Shown: positions 11,419 through 21,282 of the stretch, in pieces
Layout of the letters: each line of letters begins with the position of its first letter
Numbering within the stretch: position 1 is the first letter of the stretch
Source of the DNA: Candidatus Cloacimonadales bacterium
GTDB taxonomy: Bacteria > Cloacimonadota > Cloacimonadia > Cloacimonadales > JAIOQZ01
Length of the DNA stretch: 64,000 nucleotides
Assembly (NCBI GenBank): GCA_963674825.1
Contig: OY771587.1
Coordinates: 896,001 to 960,000 of the forward strand
Reading direction: 5' to 3'
Translations under genes and position numbers: made by a program
The notes under the pieces: model-generated
What the model was told of the DNA's origin: nothing
What the model saw: only the letters and a program-made list of their open reading frames with translations
Database searches by the model: none

Positions 11419-12948
11419 ATGCCGAACCGTCATCGAAAAGCCGATCTCGAACTCGACCTGCGAGAACGTATCAAGGAACTCGAAGGTCTATACGCCTTGA
11501 ATCGCCTTGCTACCGAAGGATTACCACTGTACGAAGTATTCGAACGCCTGACAAGAGACATCATTCCTCCCAGCATGCAATATCCAGATAAAGTATTCAG
11601 CAAGATCATACTGGATGGCAGAACCTATTCACAGTGCGCGAACATCAGACAGGAAACTTCAAACGCTCTCAAACACGAGATCGCCATTAATGGCGAACAT
11701 CGTGGCACAATCTTCATCGGCTACATTGAAACCGATCTCGAATTCCTGGAAACCTTTGAGACCAACCTTATCAAAGGATATGCCGATAAAATCTGTGATA
11801 TTATACAACATCGTGAAAACGAAGATCGATTGCGTGAGGAAAAACTACGAGCAGAGCACTACCTGCGCATCGCCGGCGTAATCATCCTTGCTATGGATAC
11901 CAAAGGAAGCGTTACCCTGCTGAACGAAACCGGATGCCGTATCACTGGCTATAAGCAGGATGAGCTAATCGGGAGCAACTGGTACGACACCTGTGCTGCC
12001 CCCCAGGAGCGTGTTTTTCGGAAATACAACTACCAGCAGATGATGAAGGGGCTTTCGCTGCCAGTGAATATCCATGAGAATCGCATTATCACGCGTGAAG
12101 GCGAAACGCGCATCATATCCTGGCATACAACACTGCTGCATGACCTTGAAGGCAATATCACTGGTTCACTCAGCTCCGGCGAAGATATCACATTCCGCGT
12201 GCGCATCGAGAAAGAAAAGATAGAGATGGAAAAGATCGCAGAGCGTTCGTTACGACTCGCATCCATGGGAACGATGGTCTCGGGTATAGCGCATGAGATC
12301 AATCAACCCCTTACAGCACTCATGAGCAAGGCCGACGGCATGCTCTACTGGAAGGACAACCCCCATGAGATCAAGACAGAGGAACTTTGGGAAGCACTTT
12401 CATTTATATCCGAACAAAGCCGGCGCATCCACGACATCATTCGTCACATGCGTTCGCTCATTTACAAAGAACCGACTCACAAGGCCTATCGCTGCAATCT
12501 TCACCGCACGATCGATAGCGCGCTGGGACTCGTTAACGCCCAGTGCCGCGAACACAACGTCAGCATTATCCGCGATTACGCGCAAGAAATCACTGATTTC
12601 GACTCATATCCCGTGCTATTGGAACAGACCATCCTGAATCTGGTCAACAACGCCCTCGACGCACTGAATGCCATCGACGACATCGAGAAGCACGTCACGA
12701 TAAGGACGCGCAAGGAAGCGCAGTGTATCATGATCGAAGTGGAAGACAATGGAACCGGCATCTCACCCACTCACTTCGCGCATGTGTTCGATCCCTTCTT
12801 CACAACGAAAAGTCCTATGAAAGGTATGGGGTTGGGATTGTCGATCACGGAGAACTTCATCCGCAGTCTCGGAGGTGTAATCCGCGTACGTAACGCAGTA
12901 AAGCGTGGCGCTATCTTTCAGATCGAGTTACCACTTTCGTCAAGTTGA
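11419..12948 (+). CDS. Cytoplasmic sensor histidine kinase (GAF-like, PAS/PAC, HisKA, HATPase)
   Basis: H-box GIAHEINQPL, N-box NLVNNALDA, DNGTG, FDPFFTTK, GMGLGL; PAS ending GEDIT. Confidence 0.93.
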   Translation: MPNRHRKADLELDLRERIKELEGLYALNRLATEGLPLYEVFERLTRDIIPPSMQYPDKVFSKIILDGRTYSQCANIRQETSNALKHEIAINGEHRGTIFIGYIETDLEFLETFETNLIKGYADKICDIIQHRENEDRLREEKLRAEHYLRIAGVIILAMDTKGSVTLLNETGCRITGYKQDELIGSNWYDTCAAPQERVFRKYNYQQMMKGLSLPVNIHENRIITREGETRIISWHTTLLHDLEGNITGSLSSGEDITFRVRIEKEKIEMEKIAERSLRLASMGTMVSGIAHEINQPLTALMSKADGMLYWKDNPHEIKTEELWEALSFISEQSRRIHDIIRHMRSLIYKEPTHKAYRCNLHRTIDSALGLVNAQCREHNVSIIRDYAQEITDFDSYPVLLEQTILNLVNNALDALNAIDDIEKHVTIRTRKEAQCIMIEVEDNGTGISPTHFAHVFDPFFTTKSPMKGMGLGLSITENFIRSLGGVIRVRNAVKRGAIFQIELPLSSS

Positions 12949-13634
12949 TACAGATTCGCAGGCAGAAAAAACCGCGTAGTAACTCCCTCTCGATTGCAAT
13001 TCGGCTCAAGAATCATCCTTCCACCGTGTGAAGAAACGATCTGACAGGATACAAGCATGCCGATGTTGTTGTTTCGACAAGTCACATCACTCATGCATGA
13101 ACCCTGCAAGACACGTTCGGCGCAGATTCGTTCGATTGGAATACCGTTATCTTTGAGGTAAAACTCGTAACCACCTTCGACAATCTTCCACCCTATTTCT
13201 ATTCGTAGTGGACGTTCTCCGTATGCAGCCCGTATCGAGAGGACTATCAAATTCCGCCAAAGAAGCTCTATTCGCCTGCGATCAGCCCTCACGACCGGCA
13301 TCGATTCTCCAATCGTTATTTCATATCCAAGAAGGTCGTCGTCAATTGCTGCTTCAACAGCATCGCGCATAACGAACGATGATAGTTCGTTTGGTATCAG
13401 GCTCATGCGAGCGTATTCCATCATGTTATTGACGATATTTTCCATCCTGCCGATAGAATTGGACACTTCGCGTATATCCAGGATCGCTTCCGATTTTTTA
13501 CCTTCGAGAATCTCGAGCTCCAGGATGTAAAGCATGCTTTTAACCGATTGTAATGGGAGCTTCAAGTCGTGCGCCAAATGCATGAAGTAACGCTCGATAC
13601 CTGATGTTTGTGCGACGTCGTTTGTTATTGGCAT
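12918..13634 (-). CDS. Sensorless histidine-kinase-like protein with degenerate ATP-binding boxes
   Basis: H-box LAHDLKLPL intact; N-box NLIVLSIR, G1 DNGIPI and G2 NNIGM depart from consensus; IVSSHGGRM retained. Confidence 0.8.
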   Translation of the reverse strand: MPITNDVAQTSGIERYFMHLAHDLKLPLQSVKSMLYILELEILEGKKSEAILDIREVSNSIGRMENIVNNMMEYARMSLIPNELSSFVMRDAVEAAIDDDLLGYEITIGESMPVVRADRRRIELLWRNLIVLSIRAAYGERPLRIEIGWKIVEGGYEFYLKDNGIPIERICAERVLQGSCMSDVTCRNNNIGMLVSCQIVSSHGGRMILEPNCNREGVTTRFFLPANLYQLDESGNSI

Positions 13635-13670
13635 TCTATCTCCATTGAGAGAGTTATCAGCGATCAGTGA

Positions 13671-13686
13671 TGCAAGATAAATGCCA
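13671..13686 (-). promoter_or_regulatory. sigma54 (-24/-12) promoter
   Basis: Minus strand TGGCATTTATCTTGCA matches TGGCAC-N5-TTGCW, 36 nt upstream of the ATG at 13634. Confidence 0.75.
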
Positions 13687-13761
13687 TTAAATCTCGTAGT
13701 TCAGGGGGATATAAGCTTTCGGATTCTCGCAAACGAAAATGATATTTTCGGAAATGATAAA

Positions 13762-15093
13762 TCAATCGATTTCGGAAAGACCTCGAATCTTCCGCAATCT
13801 GCGATACAACGCCTGCCTCGAAATTCCGAGCGCTTTAGACGCCTTGATGGTATCGTTTCCACATTTCTCCATCACCATCATGATATATTCTTCGATGATC
13901 TGCTCCAAAGGCTTGATCGTTTTGGGCATGATGGACGTCTTGGAGAAACGCAGTCCGGGGAAATGCTCTTCGGTCGGCATCTTCCCTTTGGCGAGGATCA
14001 TAGCCCGTTCGAGAACATTGTTGAGTTCGCGGATATTTCCAGGCCAGGAGTACTCGGAGAGCAGCTTCATCACTTTCGCATTCAGATAGATCTCCGGGGC
14101 GTTTCGCTCATACAGAATCTGCCGCACCAGACCACCGAGGTCTTCTTTCATCTCTCGAAGCGGCATCATGTTGATGGGAAAAACATTGATACGATAATAT
14201 AGGTCAGACCGGAAACTACCCGCTTCCACCTCCACTTCGAGGTCTTGATTGGATGCGCAGATGAGTCGGAAATCGCTGGATCTCGTGCGAGTCTCGCCCA
14301 GTCTGCGGAAAGTGCGGTCTTCGATCACCTTGAGAAGCTCTGCTTGTACCTGCATGCTCATGGAGGAGATTTCGTCGAGGAACAGCGTTCCGTTATTGGC
14401 AAATTCGACAAGCCCCTGCTTTTCCTGCACAGCAGATGTAAATGCACCTTTGGCATGGCCGAAAAGCTCGCTGGCGAGTAATTCATCCTTAAGGCCGGCG
14501 CAGTTCACGGGAACAAATGGATTGTTCTTTCGAGAGCTGTTCTCGTGAATCCATCGCGCCAAAACGCCCTTACCGGTACCTGTCTCGCCGTGAATGAGGA
14601 TGATGGTATCGTTGAACGACGCCAGACGGGCGTAATCGAGGATCGACTTCATCATCGGGCGGTCATCGAGGAACATCTCGATCTTGGTGCGCTTGGTGCG
14701 CTGCGAAACTTGATCGGTCTGGCGGAGACGCCCAAGCTCGACGCTTTTACTGAGGAAAAGCTCAAGTCCGCTCATGTTAACGGGCTTGACCATGAAGTTA
14801 TCAGCACCCTTACGCATCGCTTCAACGGCGAGGTTAACATTTCCGTGTGCAGTGATGAAAATGATGGGAAGGGTATCGTTGCTCTCGCGGAATTCCGTCA
14901 GGAAATCGATGCCATCGCCGTCGGGAAGCATCTGGTCGAGAATCATCGCGTTAATCGGATGCAGTCGCAGCGCTTCACGGGCTTCTTCAAGAGAACCAGC
15001 AGTGATTACATCGTAACCGCGGCTGTTGAGGAACTTTGTGAAGCTGAAAGAAATGCTGGGATCATCGTCGATCATCAGGATGCGGGGTTTCAT
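13762..15093 (-). CDS. sigma54-dependent response regulator (NtrC family; REC-AAA+-HTH)
   Basis: IDDD, LDQMLPDGDG receiver; GETGTGKG; ELFGHAKGAFTSA; LFLDEI; WPGNIREL; Fis-type HTH. Confidence 0.95.
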   Translation of the reverse strand: MKPRILMIDDDPSISFSFTKFLNSRGYDVITAGSLEEAREALRLHPINAMILDQMLPDGDGIDFLTEFRESNDTLPIIFITAHGNVNLAVEAMRKGADNFMVKPVNMSGLELFLSKSVELGRLRQTDQVSQRTKRTKIEMFLDDRPMMKSILDYARLASFNDTIILIHGETGTGKGVLARWIHENSSRKNNPFVPVNCAGLKDELLASELFGHAKGAFTSAVQEKQGLVEFANNGTLFLDEISSMSMQVQAELLKVIEDRTFRRLGETRTRSSDFRLICASNQDLEVEVEAGSFRSDLYYRINVFPINMMPLREMKEDLGGLVRQILYERNAPEIYLNAKVMKLLSEYSWPGNIRELNNVLERAMILAKGKMPTEEHFPGLRFSKTSIMPKTIKPLEQIIEEYIMMVMEKCGNDTIKASKALGISRQALYRRLRKIRGLSEID

Positions 15094-17441
15094 GTCTCAC
15101 ATCCTCTCATCATAGGCAAACGAAGCGTTACGACGCAACCCTGCGGATCAGCATGATTCGCCAGTTCGACACTGCCGTCCATCTTCTCGATGATGCTTTT
15201 TACGATGCTGAGACCGAGACCAGTCCCCTTGCTACGGCGCGTAAAGAACGGATCAAAGACACGTGATATATCTTTCGGATTCACGCCATGACCAAAATCG
15301 ATCACTTGCAGAGAAACCTGCGATTCACCCTCTGAAAATAGACGCATAATAATCTTCCTGCTCTCCTGACTGTGTTGGGCGGCGTTGTCGAGAAGGTTTA
15401 GAAGAACTTGTTGTAATCGCGGAACATCCGTGCGTACAAGAGGTTCTTCGGGACACAATAATGTGTCGATCTCGACGATAAAACCGGGATACTCATTCTC
15501 CTGTTGCCACATTTTAACAGTCGATTGACATAGCGTCAAGAGAGAAATCATTTCAAGTATTTCAACATGGGTTTTCTTTCCGAAGTCGAGCAGATCACCC
15601 ATCAGGCGCGAGAGGCGCTCGACCTGGATATTGATATGATTCAGGTATTCTTGCATAGAGGGCAATTCGCCAAATTCGCTACTCAGCACTTCCGAGATCG
15701 CAACGATCGAGTTCAACGGATTTCGCACCTCGTGTGCGACACCGACCGACAACCTGTCAATCTCCTTGAAACGCTTCGCGTCTTCAATACGACGCTGCAT
15801 GCGACGTATCTCGGTTATATCTGTCGCAATTGCAAGAACCGCCGGTTTACTGGCATACTGGATTTTCCGGCAACTGATAACCAACGTCAATCGCTCACCG
15901 ATTGCTGTTTCCAGAGATGTCTCCCATGGAAGCAGCACATCAACCTCATCGATCCGGGCAATTATTCTCAACGCTCGAATTCTCTTCTCAGGCGGTAAAG
16001 CGTTCAGCAACGTGTGAACCATCTTCGCTCTATCTGAGAAATCAAATCCGGTGAGGCGTGACCAGTTGCCGTTCATGGATTCGATGGAATCACGGGTGAA
16101 AATCAGGATTAGATTGGGCGACTCCTGCGAGAGAATGCGGAATTTTTCTTCGGATTCCCGAAGCGCTTCCAGCGATTGCCTTGTCGTTGAGATATCACGC
16201 ATCAGCATACCAAGCCTGAGTTCGTTCGATGTTCTGATCGGGAATACAACCCGTTCGACATTCAATTTGCCCAGGGTAGGATGCATGATATCATCCTCTT
16301 CGATCATGTTGATGAAGTCAGCTGTCTCGTTTTGGCGGAATCGCTCCACCCGTGCCTGCCACATCCTGCGAACATACTCATGCGATTGGTGGTTACCGAC
16401 AATCTCTGCCTGAACATCCCAGAACGGACGTCCAATCACTTTGGGAGCTTTCAGGTTCGTCATTCGCGTCATGGCACGATTCCAGGCGATAATCCTGCCA
16501 TCGGCGTCAAGTAGCACCACACCATCGTACGCTTGCTCGAAAATACTCCGGAAACGTTCCTCGCTCTCCTTCACCTCGATTTCGGCATGAATTCGCTCCG
16601 ATATCTCGCTCAGAAGACGTTCGTTGGTCTTGATCAGCTCCAGCGTTCGTTCCATAACCCGGGCTTCCAACTCGTTACGCGAATCTGTCAGCGCTTTTTC
16701 GATTCGCTTCTGCTCTGTGATATCGAAAACCGACACTAACGCGAAGGCCAGCCGGTTCGAGTCGTCATACATGAAGCGCATATGAACTTGCACCCAGACA
16801 TCCCGGCGCGGGATATCTCCCAGCCGGAACTGCTCCACAAGGCTTGGAATCCGGACTTCACCGGAAATAAGTTTTTGTAGAAACGAGGCCATATTCTGGC
16901 GTTCGGATGGATGGATCATTTTAAGAAGATCTCTGTATGTGAATTCCTGTAGATTCCCCAATGGAAGCGCGACAAGCGATTCTGCTGCCGGGCTCATGTA
17001 CTCGAAACGATCTTCAATGAAGTTGAAGCGGCATAAAACGAAATCGGGGCTGTTCATGATCTCTTTGAAGTAAAACTCGTATTTCTCGAGGATATCCATC
17101 TCATATCTTGCCGGCGCGTCAAAATCGACAACCGTGATGCACAGCGTACGATTTTCTTCGTTATATAGCGCCTGAAGATGCAGCATGCTTTGATGCTGTT
17201 CACTCGCTGACTGGATTATGCTATGGCGTGTGGGGACTTTTGACTTAATTGTGTCTCGTATCCAGAGATGAATAGAGTCACGTTCAGTCTCTCTGGCAAG
17301 TTGGACGACCAGACTACCGGGCTTCGGGCTACCGGTAAGCTTGGCAAAGAGCTGGTTGTAGTGTAGAATACGCCCATCTTCGGTAACGCACGCCGCTGCA
17401 ACAGGCAGGATATCCAGATCGTGGGAGTGATCAGATGCCAT
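15090..17441 (-). CDS. Multi-PAS sensor histidine kinase, cognate of the adjacent regulator
   Basis: Several PAS/PAC repeats; VAHEVRNPL, NLLDNA, FDPFFT, GTGLGL; 4-nt overlap with the regulator; start could be 17441 or 17456. Confidence 0.92.
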   Translation of the reverse strand: MASDHSHDLDILPVAAACVTEDGRILHYNQLFAKLTGSPKPGSLVVQLARETERDSIHLWIRDTIKSKVPTRHSIIQSASEQHQSMLHLQALYNEENRTLCITVVDFDAPARYEMDILEKYEFYFKEIMNSPDFVLCRFNFIEDRFEYMSPAAESLVALPLGNLQEFTYRDLLKMIHPSERQNMASFLQKLISGEVRIPSLVEQFRLGDIPRRDVWVQVHMRFMYDDSNRLAFALVSVFDITEQKRIEKALTDSRNELEARVMERTLELIKTNERLLSEISERIHAEIEVKESEERFRSIFEQAYDGVVLLDADGRIIAWNRAMTRMTNLKAPKVIGRPFWDVQAEIVGNHQSHEYVRRMWQARVERFRQNETADFINMIEEDDIMHPTLGKLNVERVVFPIRTSNELRLGMLMRDISTTRQSLEALRESEEKFRILSQESPNLILIFTRDSIESMNGNWSRLTGFDFSDRAKMVHTLLNALPPEKRIRALRIIARIDEVDVLLPWETSLETAIGERLTLVISCRKIQYASKPAVLAIATDITEIRRMQRRIEDAKRFKEIDRLSVGVAHEVRNPLNSIVAISEVLSSEFGELPSMQEYLNHINIQVERLSRLMGDLLDFGKKTHVEILEMISLLTLCQSTVKMWQQENEYPGFIVEIDTLLCPEEPLVRTDVPRLQQVLLNLLDNAAQHSQESRKIIMRLFSEGESQVSLQVIDFGHGVNPKDISRVFDPFFTRRSKGTGLGLSIVKSIIEKMDGSVELANHADPQGCVVTLRLPMMRGCET

Positions 17442-17574
17442 TGATCCCCCTACCATAGAAAAACCGCTGCGATAAGCAGCGGCATTCTATGATCAAAGTT
17501 TTACTTTCAAAGGTTTATCCGCAGGGTTCATGAACCGATCGATCAAAAAATCGGGACGATGAGCCGATCATCCA

Positions 17575-17664
17575 TTATTTCTTTTTGTGACGATTTTTGC
17601 GAAGCCTTTTTTTACGCTTGTGCGTATTGATTTTATGCTTCTTCCGTTTTCTTCCGCAAGGCAT
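17575..17664 (-). CDS. Small basic protein, bS22/AURKAIP1-COX24-like ribosomal protein
   Basis: Not in the ORF track: MPCGRKRKKHKINTHKRKKRLRKNRHKKK (29 aa); SD AGGGGG; follows the HU gene. Confidence 0.88.
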   Translation of the reverse strand: MPCGRKRKKHKINTHKRKKRLRKNRHKKK

Positions 17665-17676
17665 TCAATCCCCCTG

Positions 17677-17976
17677 TTATTGTTCTAATAATTCGATGTT
17701 CGCGTCAGCAACGTCATCCTTAAAAGCGCGAGAGAACTTGAAAGTAGGAACTACACGTTCGGGCACTGGAACCTTATCGGCGGTCTTGGGATTGCGACCG
17801 ATCCGAGGTTTCCTTACTTTCAGCTTGAATGTGCCGAAACCGCGAATTTCGATATGATTTCCTTCTTTCATGCTGTCTTTGACCGCATCGAGGAATGTAT
17901 CCACTACGATTGCTACATCTTTACGAATTATTCCCGTTTCCTGTGAAATGGTCTTCACTAAATCAGCCTTGGTCAT
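17677..17976 (-). CDS. HU/IHF family DNA-binding protein
   Basis: MTKADL, IEIRGFGTF, GRNPKT. Confidence 0.95.
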   Translation of the reverse strand: MTKADLVKTISQETGIIRKDVAIVVDTFLDAVKDSMKEGNHIEIRGFGTFKLKVRKPRIGRNPKTADKVPVPERVVPTFKFSRAFKDDVADANIELLEQ

Positions 17977-18157
17977 AATTCCACTCCTTCACTCAGTTTT
18001 GAAATTCTGTTTTCCGAACCCTGAAATCTTTGTCAAGGGTTTTTGTCTCATCTTTTGAAATTCCATAAGATTACACGTTTGTCACGCTACGGAGATATCT
18101 TCCCAAAAGCCGCTCCGCAAACGGATTGACACCTCGTTAACAAATGGACGCAACACT

Positions 18158-18580
18158 TTATGAATCAGATTCTTCCGTCTCCGATTCTTCTACTTCATCA
18201 GGCTCATGTGTTTCCTGAGGTTCTTCCGTTTCCTCGGGTTCCAGATTAAGCTCTTTCTCTTCCGGCTTTTCTTCAAGGCGCACTGTCAGCGACATTTGAG
18301 ACAGGACCGGATAGAAGTCTTCGATATATTCGCGAACGAACTGCTCAATATCCGTTTCACGCGCCAATGTTTCCGCCGAGAACTTAAGGATGATGGTCAG
18401 CGAACGGAACTGGAGATTGATCTGAATCGCCGGCTGTTCACCGATCGTATTTTTTAGAAACAAAGGCAAGGATTTATCGAGCTTGATGGTCTGCTTCAGG
18501 CGCATAACAAACTTATAAACACAATAACCGCCAGCTGCCAACACTCCCAGCACGACCACATTCTTCAGAAATTTCTTCAA
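18158..18580 (-). CDS. Hypothetical protein with N-terminal membrane anchor and acidic tail
   Basis: TTG start after AGGAGG; hydrophobic N-terminus; Glu-rich C-terminus. Confidence 0.75.
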   Translation of the reverse strand: MKKFLKNVVVLGVLAAGGYCVYKFVMRLKQTIKLDKSLPLFLKNTIGEQPAIQINLQFRSLTIILKFSAETLARETDIEQFVREYIEDFYPVLSQMSLTVRLEEKPEEKELNLEPEETEEPQETHEPDEVEESETEESDS

Positions 18581-18668
18581 AACTCCTCCTTGGTTGTCCG
18601 ATTCAAAATCATCTTACAAAAAAACTGCCTCGAATTGGGAGGCAGTTCAATTGAAGCCTATATCATGT

Positions 18669-19400
18669 TTATTTGTACAAAGATTTGACGCGTCCCCAAG
18701 AGGTTCCGTGAACCTGATGTGAACCCGTGCTCGAAAGGTCGCTCACCGATCTCGGGCAAACCAGATATTCGCCATAACCATACACAACGATACCCTGGAT
18801 GTATTCCAGTGTGTCGCCAGCGCGATTCGTACGCTTGCGGCTGTCCATGATATTGTAGCCATCATACAGCGTACAGCTGCCGGTTCCGTCGTTGATGCTC
18901 CACCGTGTCGTCTGACGAAGATTTACGATGTTGACACTATGGATTTTCACCAGAGCGCCTTCCAGGGATTCGGTAACAGCCAGTTCGCCGGTCGTAACGC
19001 TGATGGGTTGCGGTATCGTGGAGCCACTTGAGCGTCTACGCAGAAGCGAGACATTGCGGATTTCGGTGCAACCGAAATCTTCATGTACCTGACCTTCCAG
19101 TGTGATGTAATCACCAACACGGAGATTCTGCCTTTCAACCTGATCTCGCGCTTGAACGACTATGCAATTCCAGGGACCGCCCTCGGAAGTAGAGAGAGTG
19201 AACGAAGACGCATCGAATCCGATCGATGTAACAACGCCTTCGGTCTGGATCGTCGAGCCTTCATAGGGTGATGGATAGGTACCCTCGGCACCCGGGTTTA
19301 CAGTGTACTGAATATCGTATATACTCACTTTCTCCGCAGCGCTGAGCGCGACGAAAGAAAGCGTTATCGCCAGAACAAAAAATTTCGTCCATTTTGTCAT
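18669..19400 (-). CDS. Secreted protein with probable tandem OB-fold domains and C-terminal TSWGRVKSLYK motif
   Basis: Signal peptide from MTKWTK after GGAGG; SIYDIQY..SPYEG..V/IQTEGVVT resembles YhcR-type extracellular OB folds. Confidence 0.75.
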   Translation of the reverse strand: MTKWTKFFVLAITLSFVALSAAEKVSIYDIQYTVNPGAEGTYPSPYEGSTIQTEGVVTSIGFDASSFTLSTSEGGPWNCIVVQARDQVERQNLRVGDYITLEGQVHEDFGCTEIRNVSLLRRRSSGSTIPQPISVTTGELAVTESLEGALVKIHSVNIVNLRQTTRWSINDGTGSCTLYDGYNIMDSRKRTNRAGDTLEYIQGIVVYGYGEYLVCPRSVSDLSSTGSHQVHGTSWGRVKSLYK

Positions 19401-19805
19401 AGGTTCCTCCTTGCACAACAAGGCAGTGTCATTGTGAATAATCCCAAGCCCTTGTCAAGCTTAAAATGAAACATTATCACGAGCTTTCTCTATTCCCCAC
19501 AATTAGTTTGACTCGCATTTTTCGCACCAATCGCGTTATTTTTTATTACGATAAATTGTGCATTAATACAACCTGCTTGCTTCGAGACTTTCTCCTTCCG
19601 TTCCACGGATTAGCCGGGTATTGCTTTCTTCCCCTTGAAATACGGGCAGGCGCTGCGACCTGACCGCACAGCGGGTAACATTTTTCGTATCATGCTGAGC
19701 CGTGAGTTTCGCAAGTGACAACTCGGATTCATAAAGAATCGAAGCATCTGCGCCAGCACAAACATTTTATATTTCCTATTATTCTATACAAATACATCCA
19801 TCAGG

Positions 19806-19821
19806 TGTTCGATTCCGAACA
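19806..19821. promoter_or_regulatory. Palindromic operator candidate TGTTCG-N4-CGAACA beside a sigma70-like promoter
   Basis: Perfect 6-4-6 inverted repeat just upstream of TTGACG (19829) and an AT-rich -10, ahead of the response regulator. Confidence 0.5.
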
Positions 19822-19905
19822 ATATTTATTGACGAACTGAGTACACATGCCTAATAATTACACTCGCAAAATATGAATGATTAAAACAACAATAAAGGAT
19901 GCACC

Positions 19906-21282
19906 ATGCCAGAAAAAATCGGTAGAATTCTCGCAGTTGACGATAACGAAGATATCCTCATATCTCTGAAGCTCCTGCTCAAGCAGCAGGTGGAATCAAT
20001 CAGAACCGAACAGAATCCGCAACGGATACCCGAGATCTTAAAAGAAGAAAGCTACGACGTGATTCTGTTGGACATGAACTTCTCTTCCGACATGATCAGT
20101 GGAAAAGAAGGCTTCTATTGGCTGGAGCGAATCCTGGAGATCGATCCCGACGCTGTGGTTATCTTCATCACAGCATTCGGCGATGTGGAAAAAGCCGTTC
20201 GCGCTGTTCATTCCGGTGCGGCCGATTTCGTGTTAAAGCCCTGGCAGAACGAAAAGCTGCTGGTCACGATCCACAACGCAGTTCAGCTACGCAAGTCACG
20301 CCGCGAAGCTACCTCCTTGCGCGAGCGCCAGCAAGGGCTCAGTGAATCCTACGACCAGCCGTTCCACGATTTCATCGGCGTCTCGGAAGAGATGCGACGT
20401 GTGTTTTCCACCATTAAAAAAGTGGCTCACACGGATGCCAGCGTGCTGATCCTTGGCGAAAACGGAACCGGCAAGGAGCTTGTCGCTCGTGCATTGCATC
20501 GCAATTCCAAGCGCAAGGACGATGTCTTCGTTAACGTCGATCTCGGCTCCATCAGCGAAACGCTCTTCGAGAGCGAGCTCTTCGGGCATGTCCGTGGCGC
20601 ATATACCGATGCCAAGAAAGATCGCCCCGGGCGCTTCGAGATAGCCTCCGGCGGAACGCTGTTCCTTGACGAGATCGGAAACCTCTCCATGCCGCTCCAG
20701 GCTAAGCTACTGACCGTCATCGAGAAAGGCGAGGTGATCCGTGTGGGAAGCAACCGTCACATTCCGGTCGATGTACGCCTCATCTGCGCGACTAACATGC
20801 CGGTGCATCAGCTTACTAAGGAGAAGCGTTTCCGCCAGGACCTTCTCTATCGCATCAACACCATTGAAATCCACCTGCCGCCGCTTCGTGACCGTATCGA
20901 GGATATCCCACTCCTGGCGAACCACTTCCTCAAACGACTGGTAAAGAAATACGGCAAGAATGTCACCGGAATCAGCAGCAGCGCCATGAAAAAGCTGGAG
21001 CTTTATCACTGGCCCGGCAACGTTCGCGAACTTCAGCACGCTATCGAGCGTGCGATCATCCTGAGCGAATCCAGCCATCTGGAAGCAGGAGATTTCCTGC
21101 TCTCCACAAATGGTAAAGGTGCTGAGGAATTTGTTATCGAGACCTACAACCTCGAGGAAGTAGAGAAAAAGACGATCGAGAAGGTTATCCGCAAGTATAA
21201 AGGCAATATCACGCAGGCAGCTCGGGAGCTGGGCCTGACGCGCACATCGCTCTACCGCAGACTCGAGAAATACGGCCTATGA
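19906..21282 (+). CDS. sigma54-type response regulator (REC-AAA+-HTH)
   Basis: VDDN, LLDMNF, GENGTGKE, ELFGHVRGAYTDA, WPGNVRELQH, HTH. Confidence 0.95.
   Translation: MPEKIGRILAVDDNEDILISLKLLLKQQVESIRTEQNPQRIPEILKEESYDVILLDMNFSSDMISGKEGFYWLERILEIDPDAVVIFITAFGDVEKAVRAVHSGAADFVLKPWQNEKLLVTIHNAVQLRKSRREATSLRERQQGLSESYDQPFHDFIGVSEEMRRVFSTIKKVAHTDASVLILGENGTGKELVARALHRNSKRKDDVFVNVDLGSISETLFESELFGHVRGAYTDAKKDRPGRFEIASGGTLFLDEIGNLSMPLQAKLLTVIEKGEVIRVGSNRHIPVDVRLICATNMPVHQLTKEKRFRQDLLYRINTIEIHLPPLRDRIEDIPLLANHFLKRLVKKYGKNVTGISSSAMKKLELYHWPGNVRELQHAIERAIILSESSHLEAGDFLLSTNGKGAEEFVIETYNLEEVEKKTIEKVIRKYKGNITQAARELGLTRTSLYRRLEKYGL

Noticed and set aside
19560..19760. GC-rich patch in the divergent intergenic region as a riboswitch or SRP RNA
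   Set aside because: No consensus motif I can recognise and only short stems; an Rfam scan would be needed
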